Positions 9,615 through 20,962 are shown, counted from the first letter of the stretch. The stretch is 64,000 bases of DNA from an uncultured bacterium (GCA_963777505.1 CAVZQN010000008.1:320001-384000); one strand, 5' to 3'. Made by a program: numbers and translations. Notes: a model not told the origin generated them from the sequence alone.

Positions 9615-10373
9615 ATGAGACACGATGGACGCGCATCAGATCAGATCCGCAAAACGATCATCACACCGAATTATTTAAAGACTGCGGATGGTTCAGTATT
9701 GATCGAAGTCGGAGATACACGTGTTATCTGTACCGCCAGTTTCGAAGATCGTGTCCCAGCTTTTTTGAAAAATTCAGGTCAAGGCTGGCTCACATCGGAA
9801 TATGGAATGATCCCGCGTTCTTCTAACACCCGAATTACGCGTGAAGCTTCTCAAGGCCGCCCTTCTGGCCGTACTCAAGAAATTCAGAGACTTGTGGGGC
9901 GCGCGCTCCGCAGCGTTACTGATATGTATTCCATGGGTGAACGAACGATCTGGATCGACTGTGATGTATTGCAGGCTGATGGCGGCACACGAACAGCTTC
10001 CATTACCGGAGGATTTGTCGCATTGGCCCTCGCAATGAACAAAATGGTTGAGGAAAAAATATTAAGTAATATTCCGTTACGCGATTATATAGCAGCAATC
10101 AGTGTGGGAATTGTGAATCAACAACCTGCGCTTGACTTGAACTTTTTTGAAGATTCCAGAGCAGATGTAGATATGAATGTTGTTTGCACAGGTGAAGGAA
10201 GATTTGTTGAAGTTCAAGGCACTGCGGAAAAGCGTCCTTTTTCAGAGACAGATCTTCAAGAAATGTTGCGAATTGCAACGAAAGGTATCCGCGAGTTAAT
10301 TCAACTTCAGCAAAAAGTTCTGGAAGGAGCCGTAAATGAAAGGGTACTGCAACAGCTCCCCACCCTCAGGTGA
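9615..10373 (+). CDS. rph: Ribonuclease PH
   Basis: [38 protein letters not shown] and EVQGTAE motifs. Confidence 0.97.
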   Translation: MRHDGRASDQIRKTIITPNYLKTADGSVLIEVGDTRVICTASFEDRVPAFLKNSGQGWLTSEYGMIPRSSNTRITREASQGRPSGRTQEIQRLVGRALRSVTDMYSMGERTIWIDCDVLQADGGTRTASITGGFVALALAMNKMVEEKILSNIPLRDYIAAISVGIVNQQPALDLNFFEDSRADVDMNVVCTGEGRFVEVQGTAEKRPFSETDLQEMLRIATKGIRELIQLQQKVLEGAVNERVLQQLPTLR

Positions 10374-10995
10374 ACGTTTCCTTCTGCTAGCATCGACAAA
10401 CCAGAATAAGTTTTTCGAGATTCGTACTTCACTGGGTCAGATTGGAATTCCTTTATATTCATTAAATGACTTTCCAGCGATCCCTGAAGCTCCGGAAACC
10501 GGGTTCACTTTTGCTGAAAATGCAGCACAAAAGGCAAAATACTACTGGGAAAATTTCAAAAAGCCTGTGCTTGCTGAAGATTCTGGCCTGGTGGTGCCGG
10601 CGCTGGATGGCTTTCCCGGAATCCATTCTGCACGAATTGCTCCAGATGATGCGAGCAGACTCCAGATTGTCCTGCAAAAGCTGAATGCAATCGAAAAAGG
10701 CTCCGAAGCCGCCGATTCAGAGCTTCGTCGAGCGTACTATGTTTGTAGTATTATGTTAATAGTAAACGACCAGACACAGTATTCAGTTGAAGGACGATGC
10801 GATGGAACTCTCATTGCGGAACCAGATGGCACACAGGGGTTCGGATATGATCCTATCTTTATTCCTGATGGAGCGACCCACACTTTTGGACGGATGAGTA
10901 TCAAAGAAAAGTCGCAATACTCTCACCGCGCAAAGGCTATTCATTTAATCATTCCTCATCTTATTTCCGAATTCCGCAAAATCCCCTCCATTTAA
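10336..10995 (+). CDS. rdgB: Non-canonical purine NTP pyrophosphatase (Ham1/RdgB)
   Basis: [27 protein letters not shown] and SHRAKA motifs; follows rph. Confidence 0.93.
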   Translation: MKGYCNSSPPSGERFLLLASTNQNKFFEIRTSLGQIGIPLYSLNDFPAIPEAPETGFTFAENAAQKAKYYWENFKKPVLAEDSGLVVPALDGFPGIHSARIAPDDASRLQIVLQKLNAIEKGSEAADSELRRAYYVCSIMLIVNDQTQYSVEGRCDGTLIAEPDGTQGFGYDPIFIPDGATHTFGRMSIKEKSQYSHRAKAIHLIIPHLISEFRKIPSI

Positions 10996-11038
10996 GGAGG
11001 AATGGTGGAATAATGGATTTGGACCTTCAGTAATAGCA

Positions 11039-13091
11039 ATGACGATAACTCAGAAGCAAATCTTCTTCATGCTCTTGATTACTCTTGCTTTCTTTGGTGT
11101 TTATTTTATTCCTTTCCAGGATTATCCATTGGCAATTTCTGGACTTTTCGGCGTATTGTTTCCCGTACAGGCATTGATCTGGCGCTTAACTTACGGAAGA
11201 AAACTCAAAGATTATTTATTCAGTACATCGCTTTTGGTTGCTCTGATCATTCTTAAACATTACTGGCAATATGCCGATCTTTTGTTTTATTTGATTTCAA
11301 TCATTCTCGCCGCAGTTCTTCATTACAAAACTTTTGTAGGTGTTGCAGCCACTTTATTAGGAATAGAAACAGTCCGCGAGTTTTCTTATCAGTATGAGCG
11401 TCCCGAAGAAGTATTATTTCGATATTCGTTATTCTTTATAGCCGGAACACTGACCGCATTTTTGCTGCGTGAAGAAAAACGCCTTAAGGATGAATTTAAG
11501 CGTGAACTCGATGACTTAAAATATGGAATCCATCAAGTCGAAAAAGAATCTGTTTCACAAATCAGCGATTCAGGTCAGATTTCTCGAAAAGTTGATGCAG
11601 CTCTGGCACTTGATGAATCACTTCAAAAAGTCCTTCAGCTGATCCATGGAATTTTCAAGCCCGATACATCATTGATCTGGCAATACCTGCCACAAAGACA
11701 ACAATTACGGGTCAGAGAACATTGCTCAAATATTGAGGAATTAAAAACCGATATCTCTGTGAGTATGGGCGAAGGACCTGTCGGTTGGAGTGCTCTGAAT
11801 CAAAAGTTCTATTTTCAGCAAGAACGAGAGGATGGAGTTCCGACGACTCATTACAAGAAAAATCATCCTGTGCGTTCGCTTGTCGCTGTTCCAATTCTTC
11901 ATAATGACAGGCTTGAAGGTGTACTTTCATTGGATTCATCGCACTTAAAATATTTTGCACCTGATGCAGTTCCCGCACTGGAGTCTTTTGCTGCACAAAT
12001 TTCAGAAACAATTGGAATGGCACGGCTTGCCAAGGAACGCGAGGAACGTGCATTTGAGTTTCAAGCTTTTTATCATGCAAGCAAAGAACTTACATCTTTG
12101 ATTGATTTTGAAGAAATTGTACAAAGACTCAATTTGTTATGCGGCGAAATTGTGAAATCGGATTTCACAGCTGTTGCGGTAACTCAGGCAGATCCGTCCA
12201 AATACAAGGTTTATGAATGGAGCGACAATAATGAAGCTCCCATCACATTCGCTGATCTTGAGAATAATGGCAGTTCCTGGATTTCATGGTTTTTGCAGAG
12301 TATGGAAGAACCGCTCATCATCCCAAGTTCGCAACTTCGAGCTTCAAGAGATGCCTGTGTTGAGACATGAGGAAAATATGGGTGAATTTACAACCTATCT
12401 TGCAGTTCCTATGAGGCATCAACAATCGGTCATCGGAGCTGTTTTGCTTGGAAGTAAGCAAAAAGATGCATTTTCATCACATCAAGCGCGTGTTCTTTCG
12501 ATTCTCGGAAATCAAGCGGCAGTCAGCCTGGAAAACTCAGCCATCATAACCAAAATGGAGCAGCTTGCCATCACAGATGGATTGACGACTCTCTTTAACC
12601 ATCGATATTTTCAGGAAGCCATCGATCGTGAAATCGAACGTGCATCGAGGTTGAATGAAAACCTGACTCTGATGCTCATGGATATCGATCATTTCAAGGG
12701 CTTTAATGATTCCTTCGGACACCCCGTCGGCGATTTCATTCTGAGAAGCCTTGCCTTACTTTTGAAAAAAGGAGCGAGAAAAATTGACATTCTCGCAAGA
12801 TATGGCGGGGAAGAATTTGCGGCGCTTCTTCCTGGTATTGATGTAAAGAATGCAAGAAAAACAGCAGAACGCTGGCGCAAAGCCGTTCAACGTGCCTCAT
12901 TTAAACGCGATAACAAATCATTTGCTGTGACAATTAGCGTTGGCTTTGCTACGTTTCCAGCCGATGCAGAAAATAAAACCGAATTGATTGAGCGCGCTGA
13001 TCGTGCACTCTATGATGCAAAAGAGAACGGTAGAAATCAGGCGCGACATTACAGCGACAACGAAAACTCACGCAGCAGCCTTTTCGGATAA
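11039..13091 (+). CDS. Membrane GAF-GAF-GGDEF diguanylate cyclase, split by an apparent +1 frameshift near 12336 (ORFs 11039-12370 and 12213-13091)
   Basis: N-terminal TMs, two GAF domains, DIDHFKGFND, RKID I-site and YGGEEF. Removing one T joins IPSSQL-ELQEMPV. Confidence 0.85.
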
Positions 13092-13100
13092 TTTAAATTT

Positions 13101-13127
13101 ACCGCAAAGACTCAGAGTCTTTGTGGT
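13101..13127 (+). terminator. Hairpin after the diguanylate cyclase gene
   Basis: ACCGCAAAGACT-CAG-AGTCTTTGTGGT inverted repeat; no clear U-tract. Confidence 0.4.
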
Positions 13128-13135
13128 GGTAAAAT
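13127..13135 (+). promoter_or_regulatory. Extended -10 promoter predicting a leaderless deoxynucleoside kinase mRNA
   Basis: TGGTAAAAT; predicted +1 is the A of ATG 13142; no SD sequence. Confidence 0.5.
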
Positions 13136-13141
13136 TCTTCT

Positions 13142-13777
13142 ATGGATTTCCATTACATTGCTGTTGAAGGCCCGATCGGTGTCGGAAAATCTTCGTTTTG
13201 CGAACTTCTCGCTACTCATTTAAAAGCTCAAAAAATAATGGAGGATTTGGACAATCCATTTTTAAAAGACTTTTATAAAGAAACACCTGGTTCTGCATTC
13301 CAGCTACAGCTCTTTTTTCTTCTTATGCGATATCAACAACAGCAAAAACTGCAGCAAGCCGATCTATTTCAGGAAACTTTAGTCTGTGATTACATTTTTC
13401 AAAAAGATAAAATTTTTGCATATCTAAATCTCTCCGACAATGAACTTTTAATTTATGAGCGTCTTTACACCCTTCTTGAACCGAATATTCCCCGGCCAGA
13501 TCTTGTCATTTATTTGCAAGCCTCTCTGGATGTATTGCTGCAGCGGATCAAGAAGCGGAATCTTGAATATGAAAAAACAATAACTCGCGATTATCTTAAA
13601 GAATTGATGCAAGCCTACAATTATTTTTTCTTCCATTACAAGCTTTCATCCTTGCTTGTAATAAATACTTCCGATATCGACTTCGTTGAGAATTCCCAGG
13701 ACATGGAAGACCTTGTCACCATGATTCGAACGATGGGAAAAGGCACACGGTACTACATTCCTCTTGGCTCACGTTGA
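13142..13777 (+). CDS. Deoxynucleoside kinase
   Basis: IAVEGPIGVGKS P-loop, NPFLKDFY, QLFFL and PDLVIYLQA motifs. Confidence 0.92.
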   Translation: MDFHYIAVEGPIGVGKSSFCELLATHLKAQKIMEDLDNPFLKDFYKETPGSAFQLQLFFLLMRYQQQQKLQQADLFQETLVCDYIFQKDKIFAYLNLSDNELLIYERLYTLLEPNIPRPDLVIYLQASLDVLLQRIKKRNLEYEKTITRDYLKELMQAYNYFFFHYKLSSLLVINTSDIDFVENSQDMEDLVTMIRTMGKGTRYYIPLGSR

Positions 13778-15837
13778 GAGTTGAACTGACAAAGCCTCAA
13801 AATCATTCGTCAATTACCGGCCTGGATCTGTTCGCAATTTCAGCTTGTTGGAATCTCGCTGTTGCTCAGCCATTGTTTGAGGTCTTATCACGAGGGGTTG
13901 AATTCTTCGTCTTCAGAAGAGTCAGTGCAATTGAACTTGTGTTACTCGTCCTCGTTGTTTCAATTATTATTCCATTTCTTTTGATAGCGGTCCTTCATGC
14001 TTTGGGAAAAGTCTCTCTTGCGCTGAGAAACTTTTTGTTCGTCACTATCCTAACTGTCCTTCTTACGCTAATCGTTTTGCCTTTATATAGAGACTCACAG
14101 CTTAACCCTTTATTCATTGTAGGATGCATCACTGTCTGCGCAATTGGAGTTACCGCCGGATATTTACGTTTTAAGAACTTTCGATCGTTTTTCTTATTCC
14201 TGACTCCTGCGGTTTTATTGATTCCTGGACTATTTTTTTTCCAGCCTCAGGTCCGGAAGATGCTTCAATTCAATGAGCCGGTTTTGCCTCACTTCAAAAC
14301 TTCATCAAAAGTTCCAATTGTGTTTGTTGTCTTTGATGAGTTTCCGCTAGTTTCTTTGTTAAATAAAGAAGGTTTTCTTGATGAAAAGAGTTATCCAAAT
14401 TTTGCGAAACTTCTGAGTCAAGCAGACTGGTATCGCCATGCGACGACCTCGGCATCAACAACACATGCATCTGTGCCTGCGATCCTGACTGGAAGCACAC
14501 CTGATCACAAACGATTGCCGATTGTCCGCGATTATCCAAGAAATCTTTTTACGTTGCTTTCTGAGTCGTACGATATTCAAGCCATTGAAGCAATCTCACT
14601 TCTTCCGCAGAAAACCGCTACTGATGCATCGTCTGAAAATTTCTTAGAACACTTCAGGTCAGTGTTACAGGATCTCGGAATTATTTATTTGAATATCGTC
14701 CTTCCTGCCGACTGGCGAGTATCGCTACCTGCAGTCACTGGCAATTGGGGAAATTTTGCACAGCAAACAGCGATAGCAAAAGACTCAGGTCTTGATCGAA
14801 CACGACCCGAAATTTTTCAATTGTTTCTCGATTCAATTATTCCATCCGAAAAACCTGGCTTATTTTTTCTGCATAGCCAGTTACCTCATTCGCCATGGCA
14901 ATTTCTTCCATCGGGCAAAGAATACTCAGCTGTGGCTCTTGATGGAATGTTTGTGCGCTATGAACGATGGACAAAGGAAGATTCCGCTTCATTATGTGCT
15001 CAACAACGCCACATGTTACAGGTTGCATATACAGATCATTTGATAGGCAGGTTAATTTCAAAATTAACAGAGATCGGATTATTTGATCAATCGTTGATCA
15101 TCATTACTGCCGATCATGGCGCAAGTTTTCGACCAGGAGATGCACGCCGAATCATAACTGAAACTAACTATGCAGATATTATTTTCGTTCCAATGATTAT
15201 CAAAAAACCGGGACAGAAAACAGGACGCATTTTAGACTGGATGGTTCAAACAACGGATATCGTTCCAACGATCGCAGAAATTTTAGGTTTTCAAATGCCG
15301 TGGAATGTAACTGGTGTTTCGGTCTTACACGATCCACCGAAAAACCGCACTCAGGTAACAGTTCTCAACCATAAAGGGAAATCGTTACAATTTAATTCTG
15401 TTGAAAATGCAAAGATTCAATCCGTTAATTTCCGTATCCATCGATTAGGAGAGGGCCATCCTTTCGCATTGCCGCCAACAGATTTTTCGCAACGCTGGCT
15501 CAACAGCAGTTCAAAAGAAATTAGATCCGATCTTTCAGGCAAAAAAGCGTCTCTATATAATCCACAAGGCTTTATGAACGTCGATCTTGCATCAAACTAT
15601 CTTCCGGTATTTGTAACAGGCAGTATCTATTTTCCAGATGGGAAGCTTCAACAATTGAATCTCGGAATTGGAGTTAATGGAACAATTAGAGCTGTCACAA
15701 ATTCATTCAGGTTAAATAACTCCAGCCATGCTTTTGGTGCATTAATTCCAGAAGACAGTCTGGTGAACGGAAAAAATGACATTCAGATCATCTTGTTGTC
15801 TGAATCGAATGTGTCCCAGATCCCACTACGCAACTAG
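13774..15837 (+). CDS. Membrane-anchored sulfatase-like / LtaS-type phosphotransferase (paralog 1)
   Basis: About 5 N-terminal TMs, then VVFDEFP, Thr at the nucleophile position (ASTTHASVPAILTG), LPHSPW and ITADHG. No CxPxR. TTG start overlaps the upstream TGA. Confidence 0.8.
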   Translation: MRVELTKPQNHSSITGLDLFAISACWNLAVAQPLFEVLSRGVEFFVFRRVSAIELVLLVLVVSIIIPFLLIAVLHALGKVSLALRNFLFVTILTVLLTLIVLPLYRDSQLNPLFIVGCITVCAIGVTAGYLRFKNFRSFFLFLTPAVLLIPGLFFFQPQVRKMLQFNEPVLPHFKTSSKVPIVFVVFDEFPLVSLLNKEGFLDEKSYPNFAKLLSQADWYRHATTSASTTHASVPAILTGSTPDHKRLPIVRDYPRNLFTLLSESYDIQAIEAISLLPQKTATDASSENFLEHFRSVLQDLGIIYLNIVLPADWRVSLPAVTGNWGNFAQQTAIAKDSGLDRTRPEIFQLFLDSIIPSEKPGLFFLHSQLPHSPWQFLPSGKEYSAVALDGMFVRYERWTKEDSASLCAQQRHMLQVAYTDHLIGRLISKLTEIGLFDQSLIIITADHGASFRPGDARRIITETNYADIIFVPMIIKKPGQKTGRILDWMVQTTDIVPTIAEILGFQMPWNVTGVSVLHDPPKNRTQVTVLNHKGKSLQFNSVENAKIQSVNFRIHRLGEGHPFALPPTDFSQRWLNSSSKEIRSDLSGKKASLYNPQGFMNVDLASNYLPVFVTGSIYFPDGKLQQLNLGIGVNGTIRAVTNSFRLNNSSHAFGALIPEDSLVNGKNDIQIILLSESNVSQIPLRN

Positions 15838-17501
15838 GAGCCGGATTTTCTGGAGCCGCAAGTCTCTTTTACCTGCCATGCTCTTCCTACAATCCATCCT
15901 CTCAGTCTTTGATCGCGATTTGCATTCTCAGCTTTCCGAAGTTCAGAAATAGAATCGCTGCATTTTCCAAGAAAAAAATACATCGAACCAAGAGAATAAC
16001 TGTGGAATGGTTCCCACTTGTAATGTTTGTACGCTACGCCAATCGCGATTTGCAAAAGAAAAAGAATCACAGCTGCAGAACTGTAAGCCAATTTCTTAAA
16101 ACTTGGTATGCGAACTTCTTTTTGAGGCAAGGTCAGTGTGAAGTACGTAATCAATAAGGCTGTATAGAAGACAAACCCAACAGCTGCTCCATGAATCCCA
16201 AAATATTCAGCTACATTCCTGGCGAAAGCACCATTGATAAATAGCGGAACAAATAATGTAAAGACCGGATTCGGAATATCAGGCGCAGGAAAAGGAAAAG
16301 TAATTGTACCGATTGTCACAAAAAAAACTGAAATCAGGCTCAATAACAAAAACAAGAAGTTTAACTTGAACGTAGTTTCATTCATTGATTGCGCAACAAA
16401 ATAAGCAACCGCGGTCATCAAAAATGGGACCAGTGGTGTTAAATAACGTGGACCTAACGACCATCCTCCATCCCAGTTCGACATTCCTGAATGAAAAAAT
16501 AGACTGCTGAGAACAATCCCTATTATTAAGATGCCCTCTGCTCGAAATTTCCGATTGCGAATTAGAAGATATATTCCTGGAATTGAAAAAAGCAGAATCG
16601 GGGAAAAGAAAAATAGCCCTCTACTGGAGCTCAGTAAGAGACCATACAATGCTTCAACTTCAGGCAATCTCAAACCGATCAGCCCCTTCGAATGTTGCTC
16701 CATATGAATCGGATCGCTCATATGCTTGTAAGTCACGTCAAATGGATCATCGAAAATAATGTAGTTGTATCCAAGCATCAAGAGTACGAATGGAATAAGG
16801 GCCGCAATGAAAACGAGGGAGTGGCGTCGAGTAATTCCCGAACGCAATAAAACGTAAAGGAAAATCATTCCAACCTGAAGAATTGCAGGATATTCAAATA
16901 ACATCGCAGCCCCTGCGAAGATCGCACTCAGAAAAAGATTCATGTTCACGCGTTCAATTCGATTTGCTGCAGTGAAGGCAAAATAAAAACTTAGAAAGAG
17001 AACGATGCCAGTTAAGTGATGGCTGATAAATTGAAGAGCGTACGGAAATGCAGTTGTTCCAAAAGCAAAAATGAAAGCGAGTGACTTGTTATGCGTTCCG
17101 TTGAAATTTGTTTCCCAAAAATTAGTAATAAAAACCAAAAATAAAATAGAAGGAATAGTCACACAAAATAATTTCAACCAGAAAAGATATTTGCCTGTAT
17201 CCTGCTTTAAACCGATTTTTTTCGCTACTGCATAGATTGGGATTGCCAGAATTGAGGTTCCAATCGCTTTATCTGAATAAAAATGTCCATCAAATCCGGC
17301 TTTATCCTGTGTATCTCCAAATCTTCGTATTGCTTCGTCGATCTGGACTGTTCCTTCATCCACGATTGCCGAGGTAAGAAGCAAGCGAGAATGTTCGTTC
17401 GTGAAGATGAAATGTGGATAAATCTGAAAAAAGAAAACCGAACAAAATAGAAAGAGACTCAAAACGGCGAATTGACGTAACCGGGACAGGCCCGAAAACA
17501 T
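15834..17501 (-). CDS. GT-C-like (ArnT/PMT-type) multi-TM glycosyltransferase, possible TPR-like C-terminus
   Basis: First-loop NEHSR...FYSDKAIG, FEYP and WDGGWSLGPRYL motifs; many TMs. Confidence 0.6.
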   Translation of the reverse strand: MFSGLSRLRQFAVLSLFLFCSVFFFQIYPHFIFTNEHSRLLLTSAIVDEGTVQIDEAIRRFGDTQDKAGFDGHFYSDKAIGTSILAIPIYAVAKKIGLKQDTGKYLFWLKLFCVTIPSILFLVFITNFWETNFNGTHNKSLAFIFAFGTTAFPYALQFISHHLTGIVLFLSFYFAFTAANRIERVNMNLFLSAIFAGAAMLFEYPAILQVGMIFLYVLLRSGITRRHSLVFIAALIPFVLLMLGYNYIIFDDPFDVTYKHMSDPIHMEQHSKGLIGLRLPEVEALYGLLLSSSRGLFFFSPILLFSIPGIYLLIRNRKFRAEGILIIGIVLSSLFFHSGMSNWDGGWSLGPRYLTPLVPFLMTAVAYFVAQSMNETTFKLNFLFLLLSLISVFFVTIGTITFPFPAPDIPNPVFTLFVPLFINGAFARNVAEYFGIHGAAVGFVFYTALLITYFTLTLPQKEVRIPSFKKLAYSSAAVILFLLQIAIGVAYKHYKWEPFHSYSLGSMYFFLGKCSDSISELRKAENANRDQRLRGWIVGRAWQVKETCGSRKSGS

Positions 17502-17507
17502 AAATGA

Positions 17508-17516
17508 AGTGTACCA
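17508..17516 (-). promoter_or_regulatory. Extended -10 promoter, leaderless geometry
   Basis: Minus strand TGGTACACT-TCATTT-ATG(17501). Confidence 0.5.
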
Positions 17517-17587
17517 AAATAAAACGTAAGTGGTTGCAGGAAGGCCTGGAGGAAACTAAAATAGGGAGTTGTAAGTTGGTTTCGCAA

Positions 17588-17618
17588 TTTCCCTGGATCC
17601 ACTAAGGACCAGGAGAAA
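17588..17618 (+). promoter_or_regulatory. Bulged hairpin in the panB leader (pan-motif-like)
   Basis: TTTC-CCTGG-A-TCC-actaa-GGA-CCAGG-A-GAAA: stem with a bulged A on each side, 70 nt upstream of panB. Confidence 0.4.
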
Positions 17619-17687
17619 GTAAAGCTGGCCAATTTACACTGATTGCGCTTCACTCGATTCGCTATGCGAACGGGCAGAGGAGAAAAA

Positions 17688-18611
17688 ATGTCAAATTCCC
17701 CATCGGTCCCTCAAAGGGTTACACTACCCGGTCTCATTTCCAAAAAACAACACGGCGAAAAAATCACAATGCTAACGGCGTATGACTATCCGTCTGCTTT
17801 GATCCTGGATCATTCGGATGTAGACATTGTTTTAGTTGGAGATTCACTTTCGATGGTGATGCTTGGACACGAAAATACGCTCTCCATTGGCATGGATGAG
17901 ATGCTTCATCATAGTCGTGCAGTTGCTGCAGGATGCAAGCGTGCTCTGGTTGTTGGCGATATGCCTTATGGTTCATATCAGAACGGGATTACGCAGGCTA
18001 TTCAAAACGGAACGAGGTTCATTAAGGAAGGCGGCTGTGCGGCCGTAAAACTGGAAGGCGGAAAACAACGCGCAGCAGTGATTGCTGCAATGGTTGAAGC
18101 TGAAATCCCGGTTATGGCGCACATTGGTATGACGCCCCAGTCAATGCATCGTTTTGGCGGATTTCGCGTTCAAGGAAAATCGTCGAATGATGCTATAACG
18201 ATTGTTGAAGACGCTTTTGCTGTGCAGGAAGCAGGCGCTTTCGCCGTTGTGCTGGAAAGTATTCCTTCTGTCGTGGCTGCCGAGATAACCCCCCGTTTGC
18301 GGATTCCCACAATTGGTATAGGGGCAGGCAAATATTGTGATGGACACGTGTTGGTCTGGCATGACTTTCTTGGATTGATCGACACCCAGCGTAATGCCCG
18401 CTTTGTAAAACGGTACGCAAATCTGTATCCACAGATCCTCAATGCAGTCAATGAATTTTGCCGGGAAGTCAAAGAAGAGCTTTATCCGGGAGACGAGCAC
18501 GGTTACAATATGCCGGAGCCCGATTCTTTCTCCGAACGGGTAGAAGAGCTCTATGGAAGTCATACAACGCATCCTTCAAATGAAGGAACTCTCACGAAAA
18601 GCAAGATCTGA
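17688..18611 (+). CDS. panB: 3-methyl-2-oxobutanoate hydroxymethyltransferase
   Basis: MLTAYDY, LVGDSL, DMPYGSY, VKLEGG, HIGMTPQ and PTIGIGAG motifs. AGAGGAG RBS before ATG 17688. Confidence 0.97.
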   Translation: MSNSPSVPQRVTLPGLISKKQHGEKITMLTAYDYPSALILDHSDVDIVLVGDSLSMVMLGHENTLSIGMDEMLHHSRAVAAGCKRALVVGDMPYGSYQNGITQAIQNGTRFIKEGGCAAVKLEGGKQRAAVIAAMVEAEIPVMAHIGMTPQSMHRFGGFRVQGKSSNDAITIVEDAFAVQEAGAFAVVLESIPSVVAAEITPRLRIPTIGIGAGKYCDGHVLVWHDFLGLIDTQRNARFVKRYANLYPQILNAVNEFCREVKEELYPGDEHGYNMPEPDSFSERVEELYGSHTTHPSNEGTLTKSKI

Positions 18612-19404
18612 GGGAAAAGTTATCGGCTTTGTGCCGACTATGGGTTTCCTTCATGATGGGCATCTCAGTCTTGTGCGCGAAGCGCGCAAGATGGCAGATA
18701 TTGTCGTTGTAAGCATCTTTGTAAACCCTGCTCAGTTTGGACCTTCAGAAGATTTTGAAAAGTATCCGCGTGATGTTACGCGCGATGCGGAGCTTCTAGC
18801 ATCGGAAAAAGTTGATTACATGTTTCTGCCTAAAACAGAGGAAATCTATCCTGCAAATTACAGCACGTATGTAAAGGTAAGAGATTTAAGTGCAAAGATG
18901 TGCGGTGTTTCACGGCCTGTACATTTTGAAGGCGTTACAACTGTAGTTCTCAAATTATTTCACATAGTCGATCCGCATTTTGCATTCTTCGGACAGAAAG
19001 ATGCTCAGCAATTGATTATCATTCGCAGAATGGTTGCCGACCTTAACATGGATGTTGAGATTGTCCGGCTACCAATCGCTCGCGAGGCCGATGGACTTGC
19101 GATCAGTTCGCGTAACGTCTACCTATCTGAAGAAGAGCGGAAGGCGTCTCCAGTTTTGTACCGTGCTCTGGAACATGTTAAAAAGCGAATTGAAGAAGGG
19201 GAACGAAAACCAAAACCCTTGATAAAAGAAATGCGCGAAATAATCGAAAGCGAACCACTTGCGAAAATCGATTACATCTCAATTACCGACATGGTTGAAT
19301 TGAAAGAACCTAAGACATTGAAAGGGAAAATTCTGATTGCTCTTGCAGTAAATTTTGGTACAACACGTCTGATTGACAATATCATTGTTGAACTTCCTAC
19401 CTAA
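18553..19404 (+). CDS. panC: Pantoate-beta-alanine ligase
   Basis: VPTMGFLHDGH, FVNPAQF, FGQKDAQQ, GLAISSRN and RLIDN motifs. Confidence 0.97.
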   Translation: MEVIQRILQMKELSRKARSEGKVIGFVPTMGFLHDGHLSLVREARKMADIVVVSIFVNPAQFGPSEDFEKYPRDVTRDAELLASEKVDYMFLPKTEEIYPANYSTYVKVRDLSAKMCGVSRPVHFEGVTTVVLKLFHIVDPHFAFFGQKDAQQLIIIRRMVADLNMDVEIVRLPIAREADGLAISSRNVYLSEEERKASPVLYRALEHVKKRIEEGERKPKPLIKEMREIIESEPLAKIDYISITDMVELKEPKTLKGKILIALAVNFGTTRLIDNIIVELPT

Positions 19405-19438
19405 AACAAACTATGCTGGCAATTTATAACGCTGGCGA

Positions 19439-20962
19439 TTGTCCGAACTCTTAATGCCGAATAGCAAAACTCTATTAATCAGAGGTCTTTTAGTCCTTCT
19501 GGCTTTGCTTCTCAGTTCCTCTGTGTGCTTTTTCGGATATTTGCAAAAAGTGCCTGATTCAAATTACTCGGGCATCCGCAGTATGAATGCTTCAGATTTT
19601 AACGCGAATGGAGCATGGCTAAGACAAGCCCTCGACGGTAAATTCATCTTTAGAAATCCTTATACATCCGAAAAACAAACACCATTCTTGATTCGACCTT
19701 TCTATTCTGCAATCTCGCTTCCTTTTCGTTGGGCAAATCTTAGTACACCAGTTATTCTTCATATCTGGCGCCTGATCTTTTCAATAATCCTGCTTGCGTC
19801 CTTGTTCCCTTTAATAAAAGTTTTTGAAAAGAACCAGAGCCGGATCAATATCGCATTTCTTCTTCTGGCTTTTACCTCCGGTGCAGGATATTTTTTTCAC
19901 AAAATTGTTCCAGGAAGTGCAGATCTTGGGTTGCCGGAAGCCTTTTTATTCTTGACTCTTGGAGAAGCGCCGCATTTTCAGTATTCGATTCTTTTATTTT
20001 GGGTTGCAGTTGCCGCATTATTTCTACACGGTGAAAATCGACCAGGCGCTCTATGGGTCTTCCTTGTTTGTCTTGGATTACTCTGGTGGGATCATCCGTT
20101 TGATGCGATTACATTAACGGCTCTAAGCTCGCTTGGATTATGGCTATATACAGGCTGGCGGAAGAAGATTATCTTCTTCTCACTTGCATTTGTTGTTTCC
20201 CTTCCACCTGTTCTTTATTATGTGTGGCTAACAAAACTTCCATACGCTCAAGGCGCAGCAGAACAAAACGTACTTCCATCTCCCGAATTCAGCGCGTTCG
20301 CAATTGCTTTTCTGCCTTTAATACTGCTCGCCGCAGCAGGCCTTATCTATAAGATAAAAAATCGAGAACAGAAGCGAGTCATCATTTTCCTGGTGGCCTG
20401 GATTTTAATACAGTTCGGGCTTGCTTACTCACCTGTTCCTTTTCAAAGGCGATTGATCTCAGGAGTTCAATTCCCTCTTGCAATTTTAGCGGCAGTCGGT
20501 CTTGCAGAAAAAGTACGAAAGCCAATTTTAATTGCAGCAATCGTCTTGATTCTTTCCAGCACCAACTTTTATGTTATGAAAAAAGAAATTCAGGAACTGC
20601 AATCTCGAACAATGCCCTTCTATCTTCCAAAAGCATATATCAACGCTTTTCAATGGCTTTCAAATCAGCACAAAGATGGTTCGGTTTTGAGTGCATTTGT
20701 TACAGCAAACTTTGTCCCGGCTCATACAGGCCTCACTTCATATTGGGGGCATTCGCAACTGACACCACGAAGTCCTGAAAAACGTCTCGCGGTAGAACGA
20801 TTTTATCAATCACCAAATCCGGAGTTCATAAGGCAGAATAACATTCGGTACATTTTTCTTGCCTGGGAGGAAAGAATATATAAGCTGCCAAAACTGGATC
20901 TACCCTTTTCTATCGTCTACGACAGACAACAAATTCGAATTTACGAACTAAAGGTGGAATAG
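19439..20962 (+). CDS. Multi-TM membrane protein, probable GT-C-like transferase
   Basis: First-loop D..WLRQALDG..F.NPYTSE, HPFD, FQRR and a C-terminal periplasmic domain (AFQWL...YWGH...NIRYIF). Confidence 0.5.
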   Translation: MSELLMPNSKTLLIRGLLVLLALLLSSSVCFFGYLQKVPDSNYSGIRSMNASDFNANGAWLRQALDGKFIFRNPYTSEKQTPFLIRPFYSAISLPFRWANLSTPVILHIWRLIFSIILLASLFPLIKVFEKNQSRINIAFLLLAFTSGAGYFFHKIVPGSADLGLPEAFLFLTLGEAPHFQYSILLFWVAVAALFLHGENRPGALWVFLVCLGLLWWDHPFDAITLTALSSLGLWLYTGWRKKIIFFSLAFVVSLPPVLYYVWLTKLPYAQGAAEQNVLPSPEFSAFAIAFLPLILLAAAGLIYKIKNREQKRVIIFLVAWILIQFGLAYSPVPFQRRLISGVQFPLAILAAVGLAEKVRKPILIAAIVLILSSTNFYVMKKEIQELQSRTMPFYLPKAYINAFQWLSNQHKDGSVLSAFVTANFVPAHTGLTSYWGHSQLTPRSPEKRLAVERFYQSPNPEFIRQNNIRYIFLAWEERIYKLPKLDLPFSIVYDRQQIRIYELKVE

